Positions 29,784-37,874 of a stretch of 64,000 nucleotides of DNA are shown piece after piece. A program made the position numbers and the translations under genes. The stretch is taken from positions 96,001 to 160,000 of IMG/VR virus record IMGVR_UViG_3300037067_027643. One strand, written 5' to 3'. Position 1 is the first letter of the stretch. The number at the start of each line of letters is the position of its first letter. Source of the stretch: a virus (lineage: Duplodnaviria; Caudoviricetes). Under the pieces are notes generated by a model that searched no databases, was not told the DNA's origin, and was given only the letters and a program-made list of their open reading frames with translations.

Positions 29784-32699
29784 TTAAATTATAAGCCAAT
29801 TACTTCCATTTGATATAATAAATAATGCATCTTGTGTATTTAATACAAATGTTACGCTTCCATCTATTGTTTCATTATTATATCCGTCTAATATTATAGA
29901 ACCTGTACCACTATTTTTAATTATAAACTCTTTTCCTTTTATTCCAACACTTGTAGGTATATTAACAGTAAAATTTCCAGTAGTACATTCTATAGCTAAA
30001 TCTGATAAAGACATAGAATATGAACTACTAATTCTTGATAATGGTTGATAAATTAAATTATTTATTCTTGAATCAAATGAACTACTATTAATACTTAACG
30101 AACTTGATTCTGCTGCTGTTAAATGATATCTTTCTGTAGATATTCCTCCTTGAATTCCACTTAAATCATTATGATTTGCTGTTGTTGACAATGCAAAGGC
30201 TGCTGCAAATATACTATCAATTTGATACGATGTATCCAAACTTTGTTGAACTATTATTCTACCTACTAATATAGCATGAGATGTTATTAATGATGGTAAA
30301 TTTGCTGGTGGTAAACTTCCTTGAGCTTCTAATAATGTATAGTTTCCTTCTCCTAAAACTAAATAACATTCATTTTCTACTTCAACACCTCTATAAATAT
30401 AATTTACCGCATATTTATTTGGATTTAGACTATGTAATCCAGTATTATCATTGTATTGAGTATTATTGTATGTTGTTACCAGACTAGAAGTTTGCCAAGC
30501 TCCGCCAATTTGATATAAAAAATATAAACTATTGGCTGAAGAATTAAATTCGGATAATGTATAACTATTTGCTCCGACCCAAACAATACCTTCTGTTAAT
30601 GTAACTATTCTTGTTGGTGTTTCTCCTAACATTAACCCACTTTGTAATCTATATCTTTGTGTTTTTATTATCGATTGATGTAATTTATTTACAAGTGCTA
30701 AACCTAAATTATTCCAAGGTAATAAATGTAATCTTGTTCCTTCTCTGTATACAGTGAATACTGGTATTATTGTGGTTTCATTGATAATAGTAACATCTGT
30801 TGTAACTCTAATTATCGGGGTTCCATCATTATAATCAGCTATTACGTAATTTGTTGTTAAATCTGTTAATAAAAATGTACTTCCAGTTATTTCGTATGAA
30901 CTTATAGGAGCACTTCCATCTGTTTTACTATTTAAATTATATACTCCATCATTACCCACAATAACAGATCCACTCAAATTATCTTCGTATGTTGGTGATA
31001 ATATTATACCAGTTGATAATCTATCAAATGTGGTTGTTGCATTCCAATCACCTAAACCATTACTTAAATATTTTACATGAGTTCTTGGGTTGATTTGTAA
31101 CTTATAAGATTTTCCGTTGATTGTATCAGAACCAGATGGTAACACTTTTATTCTATTTGTTATATTTACAGAACCACTTTCATCTAAGATATATATAAAT
31201 TGTCCTTCTCTTGTCGAAGATGGTAATGTTACTATTCTTTTTGCTGATATACTCGTATATGATATAAGTTGATCATTTGATCCAGTTACGCTATAATCAC
31301 TATCTGAAACAGGAATTCTTGTTATTTCTATATTATCTAACCTATTATCAAAACTTGTACTATCATTATAATAGCTTTGTGAAAATATATTAAAACTAGA
31401 AGTTAATAAATAATTACTTTGAGAAAGATAAGTATTATTTATTTTTGTATCAAATGATGAGCTATCTTGTAAATAAGAACTGGTATCTAATTTTTGATTT
31501 ATCAAATTTAAAAAACTTCCACTATCTATTTCATAACTCGATGTAAAATTATTAAATGATTCTGTTATATTATTTATTTTTGTATTAAATGAACTACTAT
31601 CATTAAAATAACTACTTGATATATTTAAAGTAGTAATAAATTGTTGTTCTGTTAAATGTTGATAATCACCTGTATTTAAATTACTTGTACTATTATGGTC
31701 AATTGTACTCGATTGGGCAAATGTAGTAGAAAATGCACTTTGTATTAATCCAGTAGATGCTCCTTTTTGAACTATTATTCTTCCAATTAATATTCCAATA
31801 TTTACTAATTTAGCTGGTACATCACTAGGTAATGTCGATGCTAATGCGGTTGTTGTATCGCTAAATTGTCCTGTTGACCAGACATACCCAGCTTCATTAC
31901 TATTTTCTGCTTTAAATTTATATACCCAAAGAGTTGAATAATAACTTCCACTTAATTCAAGTAATTCGGTTCCATTATCAAAATGAGTATTATCATAATA
32001 AGAACCACTACTTTCTATCCAAACAGAACTACTGTGATGCCAACTATATAATACATTTGTGCTCGAATTATAAGGTGGTATTGTTGTTCTATTTACTCCG
32101 TTCCAACATCTTCCAGAAGTAATAACTAATGTTCCAGTAACAGGAGTAGCCAACTCACTCATTATTAATCCATCTTCTCTTTCAAATCTTTGTGTTTTTA
32201 CAACTCGTTGATGTAATTTATTAGGTAATCCTACTGCCATCTGATCCCATCCAACTATATATAATTCATCATCGTCTTTATAAACTGTAAAAATTGGAAT
32301 TACATCACTTTCCGTTATCAATTCTACATTTTGAATTACATTATATATTGGTAATCCATTATTATAATCAGCTATTACATAATTTGTAATATCATTAACA
32401 AAAGAAGCAGTTATTGGACTAATATAATATTCAATTAAAGAACTACTAAATCCTGAATTATTATATATTCTTACATAAGATTCTGATACATATAATGTCC
32501 CATCACCTTTATCAATATATCCTGGTAGTGATACTGCACCAGCACTTATAAATTCAAATCGTTGATTAAATGAACTACTATCATTATAATAAGAAGATGA
32601 GAATGTATTAAATGCAGATGATTGTAATACAGAACCAGAATCTACTAAATCTAATTGATTTGTAATCGGATTTACCCTATAAGAATAATTGTTTGGCAT
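29784..32699 (-). CDS. long tail fibre-like protein with internal ~300-aa duplication
   Basis: Two copies of NYVIADYN.G.PI...IP.FTVY...NKLHQ..KTQR...IL.GRIIVQ...HN; SSSF stalk repeats; two DTING/ETIDG..SNG..W domains. Confidence 0.7.
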   Translation of the reverse strand: MPNNYSYRVNPITNQLDLVDSGSVLQSSAFNTFSSSYYNDSSSFNQRFEFISAGAVSLPGYIDKGDGTLYVSESYVRIYNNSGFSSSLIEYYISPITASFVNDITNYVIADYNNGLPIYNVIQNVELITESDVIPIFTVYKDDDELYIVGWDQMAVGLPNKLHQRVVKTQRFEREDGLIMSELATPVTGTLVITSGRCWNGVNRTTIPPYNSSTNVLYSWHHSSSVWIESSGSYYDNTHFDNGTELLELSGSYYSTLWVYKFKAENSNEAGYVWSTGQFSDTTTALASTLPSDVPAKLVNIGILIGRIIVQKGASTGLIQSAFSTTFAQSSTIDHNSTSNLNTGDYQHLTEQQFITTLNISSSYFNDSSSFNTKINNITESFNNFTSSYEIDSGSFLNLINQKLDTSSYLQDSSSFDTKINNTYLSQSNYLLTSSFNIFSQSYYNDSTSFDNRLDNIEITRIPVSDSDYSVTGSNDQLISYTSISAKRIVTLPSSTREGQFIYILDESGSVNITNRIKVLPSGSDTINGKSYKLQINPRTHVKYLSNGLGDWNATTTFDRLSTGIILSPTYEDNLSGSVIVGNDGVYNLNSKTDGSAPISSYEITGSTFLLTDLTTNYVIADYNDGTPIIRVTTDVTIINETTIIPVFTVYREGTRLHLLPWNNLGLALVNKLHQSIIKTQRYRLQSGLMLGETPTRIVTLTEGIVWVGANSYTLSEFNSSANSLYFLYQIGGAWQTSSLVTTYNNTQYNDNTGLHSLNPNKYAVNYIYRGVEVENECYLVLGEGNYTLLEAQGSLPPANLPSLITSHAILVGRIIVQQSLDTSYQIDSIFAAAFALSTTANHNDLSGIQGGISTERYHLTAAESSSLSINSSSFDSRINNLIYQPLSRISSSYSMSLSDLAIECTTGNFTVNIPTSVGIKGKEFIIKNSGTGSIILDGYNNETIDGSVTFVLNTQDALFIISNGSNWLII

Positions 32700-32715
32700 T
32701 AATATCTCCTAGAAA

Positions 32716-32988
32716 TTAGACCACTGTAATTAAAAAATCTGTTGGAACAGAACCACTATATTGATATTGCTGAGTAAATACTAAAGAGCCACTATTACTA
32801 AATGATGTAGCTCCACTATAGAAATCTATTTGTGTTACATTACCAGAACCATCGTAGGTGAATTTTTTATAATTATAAGATCCTGGAAAAACACTAGGAT
32901 CTACTTGATTATAATATGTACCTGGATTTTGTGCTTCTATTATACGAGGTAACGATTCGTTTGGATATTGTGGATTGAAATCTGACAT
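32716..32988 (-). CDS. small virion-associated protein
   Basis: FTYDGSGNVTQIDFY beta-hairpin motif; late promoter upstream. Confidence 0.5.
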   Translation of the reverse strand: MSDFNPQYPNESLPRIIEAQNPGTYYNQVDPSVFPGSYNYKKFTYDGSGNVTQIDFYSGATSFSNSGSLVFTQQYQYSGSVPTDFLITVV

Positions 32989-33026
32989 AGCTATTTATAT
33001 TTTTAAATTAGACATAATATTATTAA

Positions 33027-33037
33027 TATAAATAGTA
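33027..33037 (-). promoter_or_regulatory. putative late promoter (ACTATTTATA)
   Basis: Recurrent motif heading the fibre operon. Confidence 0.65.
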
Positions 33038-33052
33038 AAATTTTAAATAAAC

Positions 33053-33083
33053 AAAAAAGGAATTAATCTCTTAATTCCTTTTT
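33053..33083 (-). terminator. intrinsic terminator
   Basis: AAAAAGGAATTAA-TCTC-TTAATTCCTTTTT hairpin after ORF stop at 33112. Confidence 0.75.
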
Positions 33084-33111
33084 ATTAATTAACTTTAAAT
33101 TTTTAAAATGG

Positions 33112-33729
33112 TTATTCTTCTGATTTCATTAATTTGACAGCTTCTTTATATTTTTCATTAGCTGTAGCAAGTTCTCTATCTAAATTTTTAATGATATCAA
33201 TATGACGATCACGTAATTTCATCTTTTTATCTCTATCTTTTTCACCTTTGAAATCATGTACAAAAGATTTCATTAAACCTTCTTTTTTATTATTTAAATC
33301 CACAACATGTTTTTCTAATACTGAGATATCTACATTTTCTTTTAATACTCGTTTAACTGTATTTTCTATTAATCGTTCTAATTCACTTCTTTTCATATTT
33401 ATTTTTCCTTCGTTTTTATTATTGTATGGTAATGGATAATCTTTTAAAGTTTTATTATACAAGTCAATTGCTTCCTTTTCATCTACAATCCCGCTTTTTA
33501 TAAGTTTAATATAATAGAAACCGTTTTCAGTTAAGTGATCTCTACTGACTTCGGAAGCTAAATCATCCCGTTGTCCAGTATGTTCGCGCTCTATAATAAT
33601 ACCAACATCTAATTGTTTTTGAATAAAATCCACAGGTAAATCATGTTTTTTAGCTATGTCTTTTACAGACATCTTGTCGCCTTTACCACCTGGAATTAAA
33701 TCTTCATTTAATAAACTTCTAAGTTTCAT
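33112..33729 (-). CDS. DUF5661-like protein with leader motifs
   Basis: GIIIEREHT...RDHLTENGFYYIKL; MKLRSLLNE and internal MKRSELERLIENTVKRVLKE. Confidence 0.6.
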   Translation of the reverse strand: MKLRSLLNEDLIPGGKGDKMSVKDIAKKHDLPVDFIQKQLDVGIIIEREHTGQRDDLASEVSRDHLTENGFYYIKLIKSGIVDEKEAIDLYNKTLKDYPLPYNNKNEGKINMKRSELERLIENTVKRVLKENVDISVLEKHVVDLNNKKEGLMKSFVHDFKGEKDRDKKMKLRDRHIDIIKNLDRELATANEKYKEAVKLMKSEE

Positions 33730-33744
33730 ATACTATTCCTAAAA

Positions 33745-34026
33745 TTAATTTTTATAACTACCATCATTTTTAAAATGTGTAAGATAAAATTTTATTTCAT
33801 TATCACTCATTTTTCTATCATCTACTTTTTTACCATGTTGATATATTTCAATACCTTTAGAAATTCCATGTTTATCTTCTATATATTTTACTTCCATTGG
33901 ATTTCCTTTCATATCTTTTAATTTTAATGTTTCTCCTGACATTAATCTTTGATAAAATGTATTAGATTCTTTTAAAATTTGTCTAACTTTATTTTCAATT
34001 AAAATATTTAATTCTGATAGTTTCAT
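33745..34026 (-). CDS. putative internal head protein (shared leader)
   Basis: MKLSELNILIENKVRQILKE. Confidence 0.6.
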   Translation of the reverse strand: MKLSELNILIENKVRQILKESNTFYQRLMSGETLKLKDMKGNPMEVKYIEDKHGISKGIEIYQHGKKVDDRKMSDNEIKFYLTHFKNDGSYKN

Positions 34027-34595
34027 TTATTATCTCCAAATTTTTCTTGAACTATATTTTCTAACTTTTCTAGTTTTTCATTCATTATTTTTTCAACTTC
34101 TTTTTTATTTTGTTTTCCAATCCATTCTTCTACATCTCCTTGTTCAGTAACAAAATGTTTAGCTCCATAACTATCTATATATGATCGTACTTCTTCTTTT
34201 ATATCTTTAGTAAAAGCATTTATATTTTGTTGTATTACTTGTTTACTATATTCTTTAAATGTTCCGTTTTCTATTCGTTCATTATCTTCTTCTATAACAC
34301 AATCCATACACATACCTCTCATATTCCAGAACTTTTTATCTAAATGTTTTTTCATTGGACGGTGGCATTTTGGACATAATATAGGCATTAATATTAATTT
34401 TCTTACATCATCTAATTTTGTAACACTTTGTTTTATTCCATTTTTTATCTGCCATTGTTTTCCATCTTCTTCCCAGCAATCGCCCTCGATGTGATCTTCT
34501 TTTGATTTTTTATATCCAGCTATTATTTTGGTATTGTCTGTAACTTTACCATCTAAAATATTTCTAATACGTTGACTGTTTGTTAATTTTGACAT
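34023..34595 (-). CDS. conserved zinc-binding hypothetical protein
   Basis: CPKC...CMDC; GDCWEEDGKQWQIKNGIKQ. Confidence 0.6.
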   Translation of the reverse strand: MSKLTNSQRIRNILDGKVTDNTKIIAGYKKSKEDHIEGDCWEEDGKQWQIKNGIKQSVTKLDDVRKLILMPILCPKCHRPMKKHLDKKFWNMRGMCMDCVIEEDNERIENGTFKEYSKQVIQQNINAFTKDIKEEVRSYIDSYGAKHFVTEQGDVEEWIGKQNKKEVEKIMNEKLEKLENIVQEKFGDNK

Positions 34596-34610
34596 TATAA
34601 ATAATTTTAA

Positions 34611-35111
34611 TTAATTTTGATATGGACGTATTTGTTTTAAAACTTCTGTTTCTGGAATAGCAAAATCCCAATGTGAAAAATCTTTATTTTGAATTTCGTA
34701 AGAATGTTTACCATTTTTAAATCCAATATATTTTAATTTAAAAATTCCACCTAAACCACTATCAGTTTTATAATATTTATTTTTTTCAGTTAAATCTTTT
34801 ATTGTATATTGTTCTTCTTTTATAATTTCTCTTACTTTATTTTCTATTAAATTTTCTAATTCTTGTTTTTTCATAACTTCCTTTATTATTTTTTTAACAT
34901 CTATATTTTCATTTATATGATTTAACCTCCATTGATAAAAATAATCTAATGCTTCCAGTTCTCTTTTATCATGAAATCGTTGTTTGGCATCTTGATATAT
35001 TTTTGATAATTTTACTTTATCCCTAATATTACCAAAAAGTTTTTCTAATATACTTCCAGCAAATAAAGCCCAAAAACTTATTTCTTGATGTGTTAATTCG
35101 TTGATATTCAT
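34611..35111 (-). CDS. putative internal head protein (internal leader motif)
   Basis: MKKQELENLIENKVREIIKE internal. Confidence 0.55.
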   Translation of the reverse strand: MNINELTHQEISFWALFAGSILEKLFGNIRDKVKLSKIYQDAKQRFHDKRELEALDYFYQWRLNHINENIDVKKIIKEVMKKQELENLIENKVREIIKEEQYTIKDLTEKNKYYKTDSGLGGIFKLKYIGFKNGKHSYEIQNKDFSHWDFAIPETEVLKQIRPYQN

Positions 35112-35115
35112 AATA

Positions 35116-35388
35116 TTATTTATGTTTATTAATAGATTTTATCTTTTTACGAACTAATTCTTCGACAACTTTTTTAATGTTTTCCTTGGAATTCTTATTT
35201 TCATTTTGTACATTAACATCTGTATTTTCATTCTTTTCATATTTCCAACCATTTTTTAATTCATCAAAAAATTTAAATTTAGCATCATCATCTAAATCAG
35301 CTGGAGTATCTACATTATATGATTGTAATGTATCTAAAAAGAAATTAAAATATTTCTTTTGAGTCTGGGATAAATTTCTTTTTGTCAT
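35116..35388 (-). CDS. hypothetical late protein; its 5' end is duplicated at 37533..37570
   Basis: MTKRNLSQTQKKYFNFF...; late promoter at 35416. Confidence 0.7.
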   Translation of the reverse strand: MTKRNLSQTQKKYFNFFLDTLQSYNVDTPADLDDDAKFKFFDELKNGWKYEKNENTDVNVQNENKNSKENIKKVVEELVRKKIKSINKHK

Positions 35389-35415
35389 AATTACATTAAT
35401 ATTTTTATTACATAA

Positions 35416-35426
35416 TATAAATAGTA
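35416..35426 (-). promoter_or_regulatory. putative late promoter (ACTATTTATA)
   Basis: Recurrent motif. Confidence 0.65.
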
Positions 35427-35543
35427 AAAAAATAAATTAAATAAAATTTTATTTTTAAATATAAATAATTAAAAATATTTTAAAAATTCTATCATTGATT
35501 ATCAGCTACATACAATATTTTTAATAAAAAATTAAACAATTCA

Positions 35544-35577
35544 ACAATTTTTTAATTTATTTTTTACTACTTATATA
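35544..35577 (+). repeat. 34-bp direct repeat (1 mismatch) with 37707..37740, contains late promoter
   Basis: ACAATTTTTTAATTTATTTTTTACTA(C/T)TTATATA. Confidence 0.85.
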
Positions 35578-35620
35578 ATATATTACATTTAATTAAACAT
35601 TAATTAAAATAAAAATAAAG

Positions 35621-35785
35621 ATGAAAACAAGAACAAAGAACGAAAATATATTCAAAGTCAATTTTAATTTTCCAACTGATTTATATGAATATATTAAAGA
35701 ACAATCTAAAATAGAATATATGAGTATGACTCAATATATTGTTGAATTGGTAAAAGAAGATTTAAAGAAGAAAGCTAAGATATAA
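35621..35785 (+). CDS. ribbon-helix-helix (Arc/CopG-like) DNA-binding protein, 54 aa, absent from ORF track
   Basis: MKTRTKNENIFKVNFNFPTDLYEYIKEQSKIEYMSMTQYIVELVKEDL: alternating beta-strand, P, helix, SM..YI helix. Confidence 0.75.
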   Translation: MKTRTKNENIFKVNFNFPTDLYEYIKEQSKIEYMSMTQYIVELVKEDLKKKAKI

Positions 35786-35794
35786 ATAATTTTA

Positions 35795-37492
35795 ATGTTA
35801 CAAGAATCAACATATTCAATGTCTTTTTATTCTACTGCTGATTTAAACAGTATTAAATATCAACATCTGCATGATAAAGCTGTTAAGATTAGAGATTTTA
35901 AGAATGATCTAAGTCAAAGAATATGTCAAAATCCAATGTCAATACAAGATTTAAGTAAGTTTGATTTTTTGAAATTATTTGATATTCAAATAGAGGGATT
36001 AGTTGGAAAGGAAATACAGCCAGCATTAAAAGAAGTCTATACATGTTATCAAAATAAATTTACTCAATTAAATCAAAAAATAAGTTTTAAAATACAAAGT
36101 AAACCACTAAAAATTGAATATTATAAAAAGAATACAAAGAAACACAAAAAAGGAGATATTAAAAATAATTCTATTTCATTAAAATCAACTCCTTTAACCA
36201 AAGTTATTTCTTTTCTTAGTAAATATTACAATGAAACAACTGTTGATTATTTGATTAAAGAAATTGATAATATTAATACAACTAAATCTTTAGAACAAAT
36301 TGAGTTTTACAAATCTATTCTTTATTATCTTAATAAATTTGGAACGAGACTTTTAAAGTTAGCTAACGATAGAAAAACGAGATTAATCAAAGAATTATTT
36401 TCTAAACCAATATTATTTAAAGAATTAACTTATGATGGAATAAATAATTTAGAATATATTGTTTCAAAAAATAAAAATAATCATTCTATAATAGAACATT
36501 TTATTTGTTTAAGTGGTTTTGGGAATTATATAGATGGGAAATATAAAAAAATTACTCGAGATGGTAAATTATATATCCCAATTAAATATAGTAAAAAATA
36601 TCATGGTGAGTTAAATGATTATAATCTAAAATATCAAACATCCTATACTATTCAATTTGTTAAAAATAAAATTAGAATTATACTTACAAAGAAAGGAAAT
36701 AGAGAAACTATTACAGATTGTGATAGTGCAGTTGGAGTAGATACTAACTTAAAACATAATTTATTTTCATTAAGTAACGGTAAGACAATCGACTACAATA
36801 GAGAATTGATTAAAAATTATGTCAAGTTTCAACTTAAAATAGATAAGAAACATGATTTTTTGTATAAATCAAATGATAAAGATTTAACCGAAAAACAGAT
36901 TAAACAAAAATACAATTTAATATCTAGAAAACAAACTTGGAATAGACGATTGATTGCTGAGCAAAATTTAAATGTTAGCGACTTAATCAAAGAGACTAAA
37001 TCGGATAACAAAGATCATATCATTTGTGAAGGACTTCTATTAAAAGATAAAACATGGTGTAGGAGTGAAGAATTCTTTGGAATTAAATACAGTAGATTAG
37101 TAAAGATGTTACATCTTTCCAACGTAAAGAATATTCTTGTTAATCAATGTAGAAATAAAAATATTCAACTTACAATAGTTCCATCTTACTATACTTCACA
37201 ACGTTGTTCTGTTTGTGGTTATGTAGACAGGGATAATAGAAAAACTCAGGAAGATTTTGTTTGTCAAAACTGTGGTCATTCAGAGAATGCCGATCTAAAT
37301 GCTAGCAAAAATATAAAACAATTCAAAGAGATAGATGTTCTGTCTCAGTCATTTTTAAAACTTGATAATAGTACTAGTTGGTTAGTTCCAAAGAAACTTG
37401 GAAAACAAACTATTAAAAAAGTTTTGGATGATTATTTTGAAAATAATAACAAATATAGTAATGATACTGATATTAATTATCAGTTAGAGTAG
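35795..37492 (+). CDS. tnpB: TnpB/Cas12f-like RNA-guided nuclease, RuvC triad intact
   Basis: GVDTNLKH (D), IICEGL (E), YTSQRCSVCG..FVCQNCG zinc ribbon, NADLNASKNI (D); 565 aa. Confidence 0.92.
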   Translation: MLQESTYSMSFYSTADLNSIKYQHLHDKAVKIRDFKNDLSQRICQNPMSIQDLSKFDFLKLFDIQIEGLVGKEIQPALKEVYTCYQNKFTQLNQKISFKIQSKPLKIEYYKKNTKKHKKGDIKNNSISLKSTPLTKVISFLSKYYNETTVDYLIKEIDNINTTKSLEQIEFYKSILYYLNKFGTRLLKLANDRKTRLIKELFSKPILFKELTYDGINNLEYIVSKNKNNHSIIEHFICLSGFGNYIDGKYKKITRDGKLYIPIKYSKKYHGELNDYNLKYQTSYTIQFVKNKIRIILTKKGNRETITDCDSAVGVDTNLKHNLFSLSNGKTIDYNRELIKNYVKFQLKIDKKHDFLYKSNDKDLTEKQIKQKYNLISRKQTWNRRLIAEQNLNVSDLIKETKSDNKDHIICEGLLLKDKTWCRSEEFFGIKYSRLVKMLHLSNVKNILVNQCRNKNIQLTIVPSYYTSQRCSVCGYVDRDNRKTQEDFVCQNCGHSENADLNASKNIKQFKEIDVLSQSFLKLDNSTSWLVPKKLGKQTIKKVLDDYFENNNKYSNDTDINYQLE

Positions 37493-37532
37493 GTAAAAGA
37501 CTGTATTACTGTTTTTTATTGAAAATTATTAC

Positions 37533-37570
37533 TATTTCTTTTGAAGTGGAGAAAGATTTCTTTTAGCCAT
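37533..37570 (-). pseudogene. 12-codon remnant of the 35116..35388 gene start (MAKRNLSPLQKK*)
   Basis: 29/38 nt colinear identity to 35351..35388; retains late promoter at 37599. Confidence 0.75.
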
Positions 37571-37598
37571 AATATTAATCCTTTATTGATTATATTAG

Positions 37599-37608
37599 TA
37601 TAAATAGT
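37599..37608 (-). promoter_or_regulatory. putative late promoter in front of the gene remnant (second copy at 37667..37676)
   Basis: TATAAATAGT on plus strand. Confidence 0.6.
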
Positions 37609-37640
37609 TTGAAATTTCAAAATAATTTTGTATATTAAAA
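37608..37640 (+). promoter_or_regulatory. TTTG + AAATAATTTTGTATATTAAAA box (copy 2 of 3)
   Basis: Exact 21-nt match to 4142(-) and 40448(+). Confidence 0.55.
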
Positions 37641-37706
37641 TAAAATATTATATGTAAATACAAAAATATAAATAGTTTAAAAAATTTTAAAAATATTTTT
37701 CGTTTT

Positions 37707-37740
37707 ACAATTTTTTAATTTATTTTTTACTATTTATATA
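37707..37740 (+). repeat. 34-bp direct repeat copy with late promoter ACTATTTATA
   Basis: Matches 35544..35577. Confidence 0.85.
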
Positions 37741-37765
37741 AAAATAATCGTTACTAAAAAATATA

Positions 37766-37873
37766 AATGAGTGGGAAACTAGATTTTGCAAACCTAGTTA
37801 TTTTAATGTAACCCTTTAAATCCCACTCGTTTTTTAAATAATATAAAGGGTTAAATAAAAAATAAGGGTTACA
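37766..37873 (+). ncRNA. putative structured 5' leader (nested stems plus pseudoknot/alternative pairing)
   Basis: GAGTGGGA/TCCCACTC, AACTAG/CTAGTT, TGTAACCCTT/AAGGGTTACA, TAACCCTTTA/TAAAGGGTTA. Confidence 0.5.
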
Positions 37874-37874
37874 A

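Larger units (their letters stand above)
35351..37532 (+). mobile_element. putative RHH-TnpB cassette (no transposase) with replacement gene start and promoters; boundaries inferred
   Basis: Flanked by homologous 35351..35388 / 37533..37570 and 35544..35577 / 37707..37740. Confidence 0.55.

Noticed and set aside
23048-31475. Diversity-generating retroelement TR/VR pair
   Set aside because: Differences between the copies are mostly synonymous and not adenine-specific, both copies are coding, and no reverse transcriptase is in the window
35496-37486. ATT(G/A)ATTATCAG(C/T)TA direct repeat near both ends of the TnpB cassette as element termini
   Set aside because: Only about 15 nt, AT-rich, two mismatches, and one copy lies inside the tnpB coding end; too weak alone
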